This document shows positions 20,403 to 30,623 of a stretch of 64,000 nucleotides of DNA, piece after piece. The number at the start of each line of letters is the position of its first letter. The stretch's first letter is position 1. The translations under genes and the position numbers were made by a program. The notes beneath the pieces were generated by a model that saw only the letters and a program-made list of their open reading frames with translations, had not been told where the DNA came from and ran no database searches. This stretch comes from Candidatus Omnitrophota bacterium (GTDB lineage Bacteria; Omnitrophota; Gorgyraeia; Zapsychrales; Zapsychraceae): positions 5,083 through 69,082 of the forward strand of contig JADFYJ010000010.1 in NCBI GenBank assembly GCA_015233115.1, given 5' to 3'.

Positions 20403-20780
20403 TTACTTTTTTTTATTTTTTAAAAGTTCTACTATTTTAGCGCTTAAAACATCCAAATCAAAGGGCTTTGTCATATAAAAATCCGCACCAATAACCCGGC
20501 CGATCACCCGGTCCGCATCTGAATCTTTTGAGGTCAGCATGATAATCGGGGTTTTTGCTATTTTCGCGTCACTTCGGATCTCTTTGCAAACAGCTTCACC
20601 GGGCAATTGCGGCAGTTTCAAATCCAAAATAATTAAATCAGGGTTACGGAGCCTTGCCTTCTCCAGCCCTTCTTTACCATTAGCCGCGATCGCGACATCA
20701 TAACCCGCATCTTCCAATACAAACCTAACCGTCTTTGTAATATCCACTTCATCATCGATCATGAGTATCATTTCGTGCAT
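20403..20780 (-). CDS. Single-domain response regulator
   Basis: IDDE, PDLIILDLKLP, GADFYMTKPFD. Confidence 0.9.
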   Translation of the reverse strand: MHEMILMIDDEVDITKTVRFVLEDAGYDVAIAANGKEGLEKARLRNPDLIILDLKLPQLPGEAVCKEIRSDAKIAKTPIIMLTSKDSDADRVIGRVIGADFYMTKPFDLDVLSAKIVELLKNKKK

Positions 20781-20810
20781 AATTAACTCCTGCTTGATAT
20801 ATGTTCATGA

Positions 20811-22916
20811 TTACACTGGTACAGGGTCCCGCTTTTCTTGTTCCACCGAAAAAGAAAAATAAAAAGAACTGCCTTTATTTAACTCTGACTCTACCCAAAT
20901 TTTACCACCTTGCGCCTCAATCAGACCCTTAGTGATCGCCAACCCCAAACCACTGCCCCCTTCATGACGAACCCGGACATCAGATGATCTATAAAACTTA
21001 TTAAATATTTGCTGTGAATCCTCCCGCGACATTCCAAAGCCTGTATCCGTCACACTAGCTTGAACTTCCCATCCTTTATCTTCTATTATAACAGTTACCT
21101 CCCCATTTTCTGGAGTAAATTTTATAGCATTGTGAATTAGATTTGTAAAAACTCTTCGCGTCTTTTCCGGATCAATCAAAATGACCACTAATTCTTTTTC
21201 TGCCGAAATCCGCAAACTAATCTTTTTTTCATCCGCGTAAGATTGCAAAGCGGCCATCACTTCCCTGGCCAAAACAAAAAGGTTAGTAGGCACTTTGTAT
21301 ACCGTCAAAACACCCGCTTCAATTTTTGAAATATCTAAAAGATCACTGACAATACGCGCCAACCGGTCCGTATTATTTAAAATCATTTCCAAAAATTCTT
21401 TCCGGTCATCAGTATCCATTTTCCCAGAAGCCCCATCTTTTAATAATATCGTAGCCGCATTTTTTACCGAAGTTAAAGGCGTCCTTAACTCATGAGAAAC
21501 GATCGCGACAAAATCATTCTTCATCTTATCCACTGAATTTAATTTTTCATTCATTTCATTAACCAATGCAATCATAGTCTCTCTTCGTTTTAACGCGATA
21601 AAAAAAACGACCGTCAGAATACAAACGAACATAGTAAAAAAAATGCTTAACAAACGATATTGAATTATCGGCGAAGCGGAAATATTTTTCTTCAAAACTA
21701 CGACGCCCAAAATTTTATCTTTCTCATCTTTAATAGGAAAACTCACATAATAAACTCTTTGGGCATAAATAGCCCCTAAAGTAAAATAATATCCAGTCTT
21801 GCCATTCATGGCTTGTTTAAAGTACGAGGCAGAAACAAACGATTGATCCGTGGCTGTCCCCAAAGCATTCCCTCCAATGCTCAACACAGTTTTGCCGCCA
21901 ACATCCAGCATAAAAAACTCCACACTACTAAATTTTCCCATATAATCCTGAATCATCAAAACCGCCCGAGTCAAATCTTTGTCTTGGCGAGTCAAAAGCG
22001 CGGTCTTGACCGGACGAGAATGGCTAATAACTTTTCCGATTTTTTCTAATTGAGCCAATTCTTTGATAAGACGATTAAATGGTGAATATTCACTCTCCCG
22101 GCTTTTTTTAATGAGTTGAATTCCCGCGTAATAATCCAAGTAGTTCGTAAAAACCCAACCTGCCCCGATAAAAATGATCAAGGTTATCAAAATGATCCAT
22201 TTGGAAGGCTTTAAATAGACAAAAGGTTTTTTAGATAAAAGTTCGTTTCTTTGCGGAGTATAGGGGTAAAACCATAACGCCATAGCAGAAACTAATGCCA
22301 ACATTCCTCGCACCAACTGAACCGGAACTCCTATTTGCTGATAAAAAAATTCATCATTCAGCCATGATGCCCACAAATAATCAGCTTTAGGGACGATCAA
22401 TCCAGATAAAATAGCATAAACAAATAACCCAATACTTAAAACCCGCAAAGAATTTCTTTTAGACGGATTTGCTTGTGAAGCAGAGAAAATAATCCACGCC
22501 GATAATACACCAGCAGGGAATCCCACAAAATATCTGAACGTGATATTTAAACCGAGCAATCCTCCCTGAATACCCGAAAACGCCAAAGGCAGTATAAACG
22601 CGTATACCCACAAACTTCCTAATTTTTTCCCTTGCAACCGAAAGCCTATTCTCGCGAACTCCCAAAAACATATATACGAAAAAAATAAAACAGCTAAATG
22701 AGCAGCAGAAAAAGTAAAACTTAAATCATGGTTAATCTCCAGAATTTCCATCCACTCATTCAATCCATGAACCAAACCAAATAAACCTAACCAAAACCAA
22801 GGCAATAATTGTTCCCGATCATGGCGGAGACTGAAGCACAAAATCGACAATAAGAAGAAGGCGAGTCCATAAAAAAAATACACATAATCGTATTGAACAT
22901 TGAAAAAATTTTGCAT
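20811..22916 (-). CDS. Multi-TM sensor histidine kinase with Cache-like domain
   Basis: About 7-8 N-terminal TM segments (FGLVHGLNEW), SHELRTPL, NAIKF, GGSGLGL. Confidence 0.9.
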   Translation of the reverse strand: MQNFFNVQYDYVYFFYGLAFFLLSILCFSLRHDREQLLPWFWLGLFGLVHGLNEWMEILEINHDLSFTFSAAHLAVLFFSYICFWEFARIGFRLQGKKLGSLWVYAFILPLAFSGIQGGLLGLNITFRYFVGFPAGVLSAWIIFSASQANPSKRNSLRVLSIGLFVYAILSGLIVPKADYLWASWLNDEFFYQQIGVPVQLVRGMLALVSAMALWFYPYTPQRNELLSKKPFVYLKPSKWIILITLIIFIGAGWVFTNYLDYYAGIQLIKKSRESEYSPFNRLIKELAQLEKIGKVISHSRPVKTALLTRQDKDLTRAVLMIQDYMGKFSSVEFFMLDVGGKTVLSIGGNALGTATDQSFVSASYFKQAMNGKTGYYFTLGAIYAQRVYYVSFPIKDEKDKILGVVVLKKNISASPIIQYRLLSIFFTMFVCILTVVFFIALKRRETMIALVNEMNEKLNSVDKMKNDFVAIVSHELRTPLTSVKNAATILLKDGASGKMDTDDRKEFLEMILNNTDRLARIVSDLLDISKIEAGVLTVYKVPTNLFVLAREVMAALQSYADEKKISLRISAEKELVVILIDPEKTRRVFTNLIHNAIKFTPENGEVTVIIEDKGWEVQASVTDTGFGMSREDSQQIFNKFYRSSDVRVRHEGGSGLGLAITKGLIEAQGGKIWVESELNKGSSFYFSFSVEQEKRDPVPV

Positions 22917-22983
22917 ACATCTCTTTCGTTAAAATATCAAACGCATGTTTACATTATAAATCAATTTTCCAAATAAATAACAT

Positions 22984-23015
22984 AAAAAAACGGGGAGGGT
23001 TTAAACCCTCCCCGT
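22984..23015 (-). terminator. Rho-independent terminator of the multicopper oxidase gene
   Basis: ACGGGGAGGGTTTAAACCCTCCCCGT palindrome followed by a U tract on the minus strand. Confidence 0.85.
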
Positions 23016-23037
23016 CTCATATTATCGATTTACTTTT

Positions 23038-26000
23038 TTACGGGGTTGTAACATTTAATGTTACCCACGCTGATGTACTCACTGTATTAGTTGCTTGTAT
23101 CCGATAATAATAGGTAGTGCCTCGGCTCAAACCTAAATTCAAATAGGATCTAGCTGTAGAAGCAACCACATACTTAGTCACATTTTGAGTAAAGGCAGAA
23201 TCTGTCGCCCTTTGGATCGAGAATCCTGTCAAAGGTGTTCCGGTTTCCTGCCAAGAAAGCAAAACTTGCGCCATAATCGTTCCGAACAGTGACGCAGATC
23301 CCGCAAAACTCGTCGGGGCTGCTAAAATGGCAGCCGACGGCGTGACGCTATTCGTTGCTGCTGATGCCGCGCTGGTTCCGATGGCGTTCGTTGCGGTTAC
23401 GGTAAACGTATACGCTGTGCCATTCGTTAATCCTGTCACCACTATCGGCGCCGCATTCGTTGTTCCAACTCCGACTATACCTCCGGGGTTAGACGTCGCG
23501 GTATATCCTGTGATCACACTCCCGCCATTCGATGCTGGAGCTGTGAAACTTACAGTTGCTTGCGCGTTTCCTGCCACTGCACTTGCTGCGGTCGGTGCGC
23601 CTGGGACTGTTGCTGGAGCCAATGGTGTTACACTATTCGTCGGTGCTGATGCCGCGCTGGTTCCAATGGCGTTCGTTGCGGTTACGGTAAACGTATACGC
23701 TGTGCCATTCGTTAATCCTGTCACCACTATCGGCGCCGCATTCGTTGTTCCAACTCCGACTATACCTCCGGGGTTAGACGTCGCGGTATATCCTGTGATC
23801 ACACTCCCGCCATTCGATGCTGGAGCTGTGAAACTTACAGTTGCTTGCGCGTTTCCTGCCACTGCACTTGCCGCAGTTGGTGCGCCTGGGACTGTAACAA
23901 CAACTGGAACAAACGTAAACCTAAAAGCATCCGCGACAACAATTCCATTGGTGGTTCCTGTTGTCCGGATCCGTACAAAACCAGTTTGCCCTGCGGCAAA
24001 CGTATATGTCCCAATGGGGAACCACTGACTGCCATTCAGTCGCTCATTCACATTGACTGTGCTGATCCCGGTTGTTGAAGAAACATCAACAGGAACAGCG
24101 GTGGCCTGATTAGCTCGGGCAGGATACCACATTTCTACTTTATATTGTCCTGCCGTCGGAAGATTAGGCTTAAACGTGAACGTCTTGGTCCCTTTCCCTG
24201 TATTATTATCCGTCCGGTAATTGGTTGCCCAATATCCGGCATTCGTGGTTGCCGTGGTCCATGTTCCAACAATAGCTATTGCTGGTACAGGGTCAGCATT
24301 GTCCACAATAATCGGCGGCTGTGTCGGAATCACAGTATTTGACGGGATTGAAGGCAACCCTGTCCCCACAGCGTTAGTCGCTGTGACTGTAAACGTATAC
24401 GCCGTACCATTCGTTAAACCTGAAACGACAATCGGACTTGATGCTCCAAGAGCTATTATGCTTCCAGGATTAGACGTCACGGTATATCCTGTAATCGGAC
24501 TGCCGCCAGTTCCTATCGGCGGATTAAAGCTTACTGTGGCCTGAGCATTGCCAGCTACTGCTGTCACTGCCATTGGTTCAGGCGGAACAGTTTGGAATAT
24601 GACCGGACGCATCATATCCATCTCTTCATGACCGAGCAAGTGACAATGCCAGACGTATTCATTTCCGAAATTGGTCATCTGATTAACCACCGTAATCGGT
24701 CCGCCAGTGAGAGGATCAAAACTACTAAATGTCGTTCCTAACGGCATCGTCGGATCCAAAGGCCGGATACTGTCTGGCACAGCGAATGGAACATTCTTTT
24801 GCGAAATCGGTCTTAACGCCACAATCGCATCTTCCAATGGATTCATCCTCACTGTATCCTTCCATCCCAGCTCATTAGGTTCTGGCGGCTTAACAACTCC
24901 AGCCCAGTCAACCCGGTTAATCAGCTGAACATTGAATAAGTGAAAATGAATCGCATGTGTATCTACCCCATTATGGGTGACTTTCCAAATTTGGGTTTCA
25001 CCATCTTTAATAATTTCCGTCGCCGGAGCGATATACCCTAGAGGAACAGTCGTTTGAGTATTGGAATTTGTAAACGGCAATTCAACACCCAAAATAGAAT
25101 TCATCCGACCATAATCAAGTTCAAAAAGCTCTTGTATGGCCTTGGGCTTCATCGGCATGGTGATCGGTGCTGTCGCCCCAATAGGAGTGTAAGTTAATGA
25201 CGTGTCTTGTATCTTTGAATATACATTTGGTAGAGTCTTTCCATACGCTGGACCATAAGCAGCTTGCGGCACTAAAGGCGCAGGCTGAGACGCCACAAAT
25301 GCGGCCGGTAATGCTGACTGCAAAGCGGCTAAATTAAATGCCGGATCTGCTGTCGGACTAGATACCTGGAATTGCATAATGGTACGGGTATTAGGACCAT
25401 AACCAGGCAACGTCGTTGGCGCACCGCCGATAGCCGTTTGATCCAGATCGCCGGTATAATAATCTAAGCGGGGATCGCCTGCCGGAACCGGCGCAGGAGA
25501 ATCATTATAGAGAATAATTTTTGAACCGTCCGGAACTTGCGAAAAGTCAATGATGACATCAGCCCGTTCAGCCGGCCCTAAAAACAAATTATGTTCTTTA
25601 ACATTCAAAACCGTAATACTTCTTTTATCCAAATCGTAACCAATGGGGATATTAGGAAGTACAACCGGCGCTGGCAAAAATCCGCCTTCTGTACCGATCT
25701 GAATCATGGATGGACCAACCATCGTCGGGTCTGGCCATCCGCCATTTCTGCCATCTGGTGTCGGCCATCCTGTCGGCCAAACGCCAGGGATAGCTGGAAC
25801 TGTTTTAATTTCCGTCGGATTTGCCGGATCAACATAATACAATTGCAAATTAAGGAAGCGGTCATTACAAGCATTTAAAATACGAAACCGGTATGCTTTG
25901 CGAGCAACCTTTACATAAGGATAAGCTGTCCCATTCACCAACGGCGTATCCATAAATGCTTCCATAACCATGGATGTATCCGGTGTACCAGGCTTTTGAA

Positions 26001-27228
26001 ATCCAGTTACAGGGTCTACAACCGGACCATGAACCAGACCAGCTGCTGTCGTGACTGGCGGCCAAAACCAGGGGCCATAATCCCAACGGCCAAACGCATT
26101 AACACCTAATGGGTCATTAGGATTCTGATTCGGCATATACACATGAGGAAACCATAAATCGCCCGTCATAGGCATCCCTGGCATAGATCCGGAATTCCAA
26201 GTAGGATCTGTGGCCGCGATCTTAGTTGCATCCACAAAAGTTTTATCCTGAATAATCAAAGGAATACCATAATGATAAACACCGCCTAAATCCGGAAGAA
26301 CTTTTTGTGTGCTGATCAAATTCTCTTCAGTCGGATCTGATAACACATAACCTGCGGCCTCACCTGCATAAACATTCAAGCGCGTAATACCAAAGGCGTG
26401 ATCATGATAAAACATGAGGCGTGCGCTTTGTTGATTCGTATAAAAAAACGTTTGCGAACCATCGCCTGGATCAGGCATGTCCGGGACATTGGTCACACTG
26501 ACACCTTTAGGGTAGGAAGTAATTTCTCCAGCTGGAGTGATCCATTGGTGCGGAGTGCCGTCGCTAATCCAAGGAGTGTTGCCCCCATGAAGATGCAAGG
26601 TAGCCCGGTTTTGAGTATAACTTTCTTTCATGCCCGGCATGCCTGGCATATCCGTCGGCCCCATCCCTGCTCCCATCACAGTTGTATCAACCGGGATAAA
26701 TAAATTACCGCCTGCGCCGGTCGGAAGTAAATTTGTAAACTTCACGCGCGTCGGACGGTTCATCTGGGCAATAATAACCGGCCCCAAATAATGCGGTTGC
26801 GGCCACGCTGTGATCTTCCCAGTAAGCGGATCACGAGTCGCCGGGTTAGCCGGATCATTCAATTGGACATAACCTCGCATCTTGGTTCCAGATTTGGGCA
26901 AATCAGAATGCATCTGTTCATTATATTCGACCAACCCAATTTCATAATAATCAGATCCGGGATAAGTTACCGTATCTGCTACAGCGACAGGAATAAACTG
27001 TCCCAGATTATTCGCGTTAGACGCTCCTAACCCAGGCAAAGAATCCACAAACTTTCTTAATAGCGGACTATTCGTCCAATTGGGAACATTAAAATAATCC
27101 GGAGCTGCTCCAGGAGTAGCCATAGGCATAGTTTGCGCTGAAACGTTAGGTGCAGTATATCCTCCCAAAACCATCATAAGCGTCAAAGCCAAGCTGGTTA
27201 ATTTTCGGGTCAAAGTATTCTTATTCAT
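23038..27228 (-). CDS. Large secreted multicopper oxidase (OmpB/MofA/CotA-like) with FN3 repeats and a golvesin-like domain
   Basis: Signal peptide; all four Cu motifs (LHLHG, FYHDH, HAIHFH, WHCHLLGHEEMDM); three clear FN3 units plus a divergent terminal one; IIVDN...VVADAFRF golvesin/CBM-like module. Confidence 0.9.
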   Translation of the reverse strand: MNKNTLTRKLTSLALTLMMVLGGYTAPNVSAQTMPMATPGAAPDYFNVPNWTNSPLLRKFVDSLPGLGASNANNLGQFIPVAVADTVTYPGSDYYEIGLVEYNEQMHSDLPKSGTKMRGYVQLNDPANPATRDPLTGKITAWPQPHYLGPVIIAQMNRPTRVKFTNLLPTGAGGNLFIPVDTTVMGAGMGPTDMPGMPGMKESYTQNRATLHLHGGNTPWISDGTPHQWITPAGEITSYPKGVSVTNVPDMPDPGDGSQTFFYTNQQSARLMFYHDHAFGITRLNVYAGEAAGYVLSDPTEENLISTQKVLPDLGGVYHYGIPLIIQDKTFVDATKIAATDPTWNSGSMPGMPMTGDLWFPHVYMPNQNPNDPLGVNAFGRWDYGPWFWPPVTTAAGLVHGPVVDPVTGFQKPGTPDTSMVMEAFMDTPLVNGTAYPYVKVARKAYRFRILNACNDRFLNLQLYYVDPANPTEIKTVPAIPGVWPTGWPTPDGRNGGWPDPTMVGPSMIQIGTEGGFLPAPVVLPNIPIGYDLDKRSITVLNVKEHNLFLGPAERADVIIDFSQVPDGSKIILYNDSPAPVPAGDPRLDYYTGDLDQTAIGGAPTTLPGYGPNTRTIMQFQVSSPTADPAFNLAALQSALPAAFVASQPAPLVPQAAYGPAYGKTLPNVYSKIQDTSLTYTPIGATAPITMPMKPKAIQELFELDYGRMNSILGVELPFTNSNTQTTVPLGYIAPATEIIKDGETQIWKVTHNGVDTHAIHFHLFNVQLINRVDWAGVVKPPEPNELGWKDTVRMNPLEDAIVALRPISQKNVPFAVPDSIRPLDPTMPLGTTFSSFDPLTGGPITVVNQMTNFGNEYVWHCHLLGHEEMDMMRPVIFQTVPPEPMAVTAVAGNAQATVSFNPPIGTGGSPITGYTVTSNPGSIIALGASSPIVVSGLTNGTAYTFTVTATNAVGTGLPSIPSNTVIPTQPPIIVDNADPVPAIAIVGTWTTATTNAGYWATNYRTDNNTGKGTKTFTFKPNLPTAGQYKVEMWYPARANQATAVPVDVSSTTGISTVNVNERLNGSQWFPIGTYTFAAGQTGFVRIRTTGTTNGIVVADAFRFTFVPVVVTVPGAPTAASAVAGNAQATVSFTAPASNGGSVITGYTATSNPGGIVGVGTTNAAPIVVTGLTNGTAYTFTVTATNAIGTSAASAPTNSVTPLAPATVPGAPTAASAVAGNAQATVSFTAPASNGGSVITGYTATSNPGGIVGVGTTNAAPIVVTGLTNGTAYTFTVTATNAIGTSAASAATNSVTPSAAILAAPTSFAGSASLFGTIMAQVLLSWQETGTPLTGFSIQRATDSAFTQNVTKYVVASTARSYLNLGLSRGTTYYYRIQATNTVSTSAWVTLNVTTP
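23345..23895. repeat. Near-identical 285-bp tandem duplication encoding two 95-aa FN3 domains
   Basis: CTATTCGT at 23348 and 23633; TVPGAPTAASAVAGNAQATVSF... occurs twice with almost no DNA differences. Confidence 0.95.
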
Positions 27229-27526
27229 TTTTACCTCCTTCACCCATTCCGCAGGCAGCACCAGAAACTGTGGTTGTTTCAACCGGCCCGTCGTTGGTTG
27301 TGCTAAGAGTTGCCGCATTTTGTTGCTCAGATCGACGAGCTGCCGCTGCTTCTCTTTGCTCTGTGGTCACGCGTTTCATTCGGCGTTGCATGATGGCTTG
27401 TGCATCATGACTTTTCAACGGCGGCTGAGGCGTTTGTTCCTGCGCCCGAACCTGAGCAACGCCTGCCCAAAGAGCAGTAGCACTCAGAAGCACACTTCCC
27501 ATGATAATAAGTTTATTCTTGTTCAT
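27221..27526 (-). CDS. Small secreted protein coupled to the multicopper oxidase
   Basis: Signal peptide, QREAAAARR segment, AAGGAGG RBS; stop overlaps the oxidase start. Confidence 0.65.
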   Translation of the reverse strand: MNKNKLIIMGSVLLSATALWAGVAQVRAQEQTPQPPLKSHDAQAIMQRRMKRVTTEQREAAAARRSEQQNAATLSTTNDGPVETTTVSGAACGMGEGGKNE

Positions 27527-27677
27527 GATTCCTCCTTAATACTTACGTTTTTATTATTTTTCTGTCATAGATTAATTCGAATTGATGTTCTTTAAAAAAT
27601 TATAAAACATTTTAAACTTTTAAAAATCGGCATTTTCCACCAGCTATTGACTTTTTTCCACCTGATTCCATAATTAC

Positions 27678-27707
27678 AAAAAAACCCTGTACCATGCGAT
27701 ACAGGGC
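27678..27707 (-). terminator. Rho-independent terminator
   Basis: CCCTGTA-N8-TACAGGG plus a U tract on the minus strand. Confidence 0.6.
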
Positions 27708-27727
27708 TACCATTGTTCGATCATCGT

Positions 27728-28144
27728 TTATTTATTGGCATTCTCGCCTTGATTAGATTTATTTTTTATTGCATAATTTACAACGTGGTGAATTTCTGAG
27801 AAATGCGCCCAGGTTTTTTCGCTGAACAAATAAGTTAGAACACCAACCGCGGCAATAAGCTCGACGACACCCAATAAAAGTGCCGCAGAAAATTTCATTT
27901 CAACGGTCCAGCCGGAATAAGCGAAAAGAGCGATGTGTAACAAAAGTAAACCGGAGACAAACATAATAAAAGCAAACAACCATAATAATGCGCCTATATG
28001 GAAAGTTCGAATTTTCTTTATTCCTAAGACATACGCTCTCGCGGCTTTAATCTTGAATATAGATACTCGGCCTTCAACCTTTTTGCCCATAACCATCAAA
28101 GACAAAAAAAACATAATTTTACGCATCATATTTACAATTGTCAT
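27728..28144 (-). CDS. Two-TM membrane protein, YqjE/holin-like by context
   Basis: Two hydrophobic helices; lies downstream of the DUF883 gene. Confidence 0.5.
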   Translation of the reverse strand: MTIVNMMRKIMFFLSLMVMGKKVEGRVSIFKIKAARAYVLGIKKIRTFHIGALLWLFAFIMFVSGLLLLHIALFAYSGWTVEMKFSAALLLGVVELIAAVGVLTYLFSEKTWAHFSEIHHVVNYAIKNKSNQGENANK

Positions 28145-28157
28145 ATTCTTTCCAATT

Positions 28158-28463
28158 CTATCGTCGTTTTGATCCCATAAAATAGCCTAGGACAATGGAA
28201 AACAATGCCACACCACCGATATATGGCCACGGATTTTCCCTCACTTGAGCATCCACGACCTTAACCGTTTCCAGGGCTTTCTTTTTGCCTTCTTCGATAA
28301 TCTGTTTTCCGTGATTAGCCCCTTCCATAACAGCCTGCTTCATGCTTAAATATTTTTCAGACATTAAATCCTTTAACTCGTTTTTCTTCTCTTTAGCTGC
28401 TTCATTCAACAGTTCCAGAGCTTCCGTGATCTTGGCATTAGTAGTTTTCGTAATATTTTCCAT
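28158..28463 (-). CDS. DUF883 (ElaB/YqjD) family protein
   Basis: C-terminal VDAQVRENPWPYIGGVAL...LGYFMGSKRR. Confidence 0.88.
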   Translation of the reverse strand: MENITKTTNAKITEALELLNEAAKEKKNELKDLMSEKYLSMKQAVMEGANHGKQIIEEGKKKALETVKVVDAQVRENPWPYIGGVALFSIVLGYFMGSKRR

Positions 28464-28508
28464 GTTTTTTTCTCCTATTATGAGTGCTAGCCTTGGGGCA
28501 TTAATAAA

Positions 28509-28676
28509 TTAAGTTTTTTTTCCCATTAAAAAATAAAGGGCCATACCTACTATTGGCAAAACCAGTATTAAAATAATCCATAAAGCTTTACTCCCCGTCG
28601 ACATTGTGCTTTTTAAGACATCAATAATGGCAATAATGTCTAATACAAAAATAATGAGCCCTAATAATCCATACAT
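28509..28676 (-). CDS. Small PLDc_N-type membrane protein (55 aa)
   Basis: Not in the ORF track: MYGLLGLIIFVLDIIAIIDVLKSTMSTGSKALWIILILVLPIVGMALYFLMGKKT, with AGGAGG RBS. Confidence 0.8.
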   Translation of the reverse strand: MYGLLGLIIFVLDIIAIIDVLKSTMSTGSKALWIILILVLPIVGMALYFLMGKKT

Positions 28677-28684
28677 AAGACCTC

Positions 28685-29146
28685 CTATTCATTCAACAAA
28701 GACACGCGGTTATTTTGAATTTGCGGTAAAACCCTTGCGAAAGAAACCATCATTTCGTCGATGGATTTGAGCCTGGACACCTTCACATTATTTTGATTCA
28801 GCTTCACCTCATATCCAGTTTGCTCTTTAATAATTTTTTCAATGCTGGCTGTTGTGCAATGTTTAGAATCAAATTTAACCTGTTTCATATTTTTTAAATC
28901 CAGAGAACTTCTAAACGTTCCCGGAAGATAAATCGTTCCATTATTAAAATCAACCGCGTATGCAATAACTCCAGGAATAAGGAAAAATAACAATCCAATT
29001 CCATCTAGCACGGCCACTCCCACATCAATTCTTCCACTTCTTTGACCTTTTCGTTCCGGATATAAAATGGTTCCACAACCAGTTAATTGAACAATCAATA
29101 ACGCGCTGATTAATACATTTAAAAATTTTTTTAATTTGTCCGCCAT
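28685..29146 (-). CDS. Lipoprotein of unknown function
   Basis: Lipobox LTGC followed by GTILYPERKGQ. Confidence 0.75.
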   Translation of the reverse strand: MADKLKKFLNVLISALLIVQLTGCGTILYPERKGQRSGRIDVGVAVLDGIGLLFFLIPGVIAYAVDFNNGTIYLPGTFRSSLDLKNMKQVKFDSKHCTTASIEKIIKEQTGYEVKLNQNNVKVSRLKSIDEMMVSFARVLPQIQNNRVSLLNE

Positions 29147-29249
29147 ATATTCTCCTTTACCTTTTTTAACGTGGATATGACTAATTTAGTTTGACATTAT
29201 TCTGAAAAATGAATATTGGATGAATCCTCTATCTTTTGACTTTATTCCA

Positions 29250-30623
29250 CTATTCTTTAAAACTCACTTTTCCAGACCGGATAATATCTGAATATTTTTG
29301 TGCTGATGGCCGGATTGTCCGCTCCTGCGTCGCATAATTTACTTCGATCAATCCAAAACGAGGACTAAATCCTTCTGCCCATTCATAATTATCCATTAAT
29401 GACCAATAAAGATAACCGAAGACTGAAACTCCCTCTTTCATCGCCTGGGCTGTAGCTCGAAGGTGTGCTGTAATAAACTCTGCCCGCTGAGTATCATCAT
29501 TTGTACAAATACCATTTTCCGAAATTAAAAGCGGCAGTTTATATCGGGAAAATTCTTTCAAAAACGTATAAAGTCCCTGCGGATAAATTTCCCAACCTAA
29601 ACCATTTCTCTGACCTTGAAGATTTTTTATTAAGCATTCATTTCCTAAAATATCCGGAAGCAAAAACCCCCGGCTACGAACATATTCCCGGGTATAATAA
29701 TTCAAACCAATAAAATCCAAAGTTCTGGCTCGGGGAAGACGCACCTTGAAAAGCCCCAGTACTTTGACTTTTCCCTTGATTAACGCTTCAACAAATAAAT
29801 GATTAATCACCTGACTTCTTACCCGCGCGGAAAGCCGATCCCACATTGAAAAACCTGAACACGGCTCGAATAAAACCACTTGTTGGGCTATTCCCACCAT
29901 GGGATGCTTCCATCCCTTTAGAACATAAATTTTTTTGATCTTTTCATAGGCCATAACATGGGCTTTAGCTAAATTTCGAACCACTTGAAATGCCTTTTGG
30001 TTTGATTTCTCCCCCGGTGGCCACTGTCCGGTCATATACCCTTTATAGGCATACACAGCGGGTTCATTTAACGTAATCCAATACTTTACATCGCCGCCTA
30101 AAGCTTCAATCGCGATTTGAGTATATCGGGCAAAAAGTTCTGGACTATTATCCGCAAGCCAGCCTCCCTGATTCGCCAACCATAAAGGAATCGTAAAATG
30201 ATTGAGCGTGATGATGGGCTCCATTCCCTTAGTTTTTAAAGAAAGGATCATTTGGCGGTAATGATCAAGTGCAGCTTGGTCGAACTGACCGGGAAAAGGT
30301 TCAATCCGGCTCCATTCCAAAGAAAAACGATACGCTGTTAATCCTAACTTTTGTGCCAATAGGAAATCGCTCTCAAAACGGTTCCATTCATCACACGCCA
30401 CGCCGGAACGCATCGCCGCCGGTATATGCTGTTCCCATTGCCACCAATCATTATGAGTATTATTACCTTCAACCTGGTGAGATGATGTGCCCGCTCCCCA
30501 CAAAAAATTTTGAGGGAAAGTAAATTCCTGCGGTACTTTTTCTCTTATTGTTTTTTGAGTGCCTGCACAACCTTGTCCCAAAACAACAAAAAAAACTAAA
30601 ACAAGGGCAGTTATCCTTCTCAT
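29250..30623 (-). CDS. GH1 beta-glucosidase, probable lipoprotein
   Basis: FLWGAGTSSHQVEG, YRFSLEWSRI, TLNEP, ISENG, DNYEWAEG; signal peptide ending GQGC. Confidence 0.92.
   Translation of the reverse strand: MRRITALVLVFFVVLGQGCAGTQKTIREKVPQEFTFPQNFLWGAGTSSHQVEGNNTHNDWWQWEQHIPAAMRSGVACDEWNRFESDFLLAQKLGLTAYRFSLEWSRIEPFPGQFDQAALDHYRQMILSLKTKGMEPIITLNHFTIPLWLANQGGWLADNSPELFARYTQIAIEALGGDVKYWITLNEPAVYAYKGYMTGQWPPGEKSNQKAFQVVRNLAKAHVMAYEKIKKIYVLKGWKHPMVGIAQQVVLFEPCSGFSMWDRLSARVRSQVINHLFVEALIKGKVKVLGLFKVRLPRARTLDFIGLNYYTREYVRSRGFLLPDILGNECLIKNLQGQRNGLGWEIYPQGLYTFLKEFSRYKLPLLISENGICTNDDTQRAEFITAHLRATAQAMKEGVSVFGYLYWSLMDNYEWAEGFSPRFGLIEVNYATQERTIRPSAQKYSDIIRSGKVSFKE

Noticed and set aside
23327-24544. 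Plus-strand ORFs of 233 and 107 aa with repeats
   Set aside because: Antisense shadows of the FN3 repeats of the multicopper oxidase.
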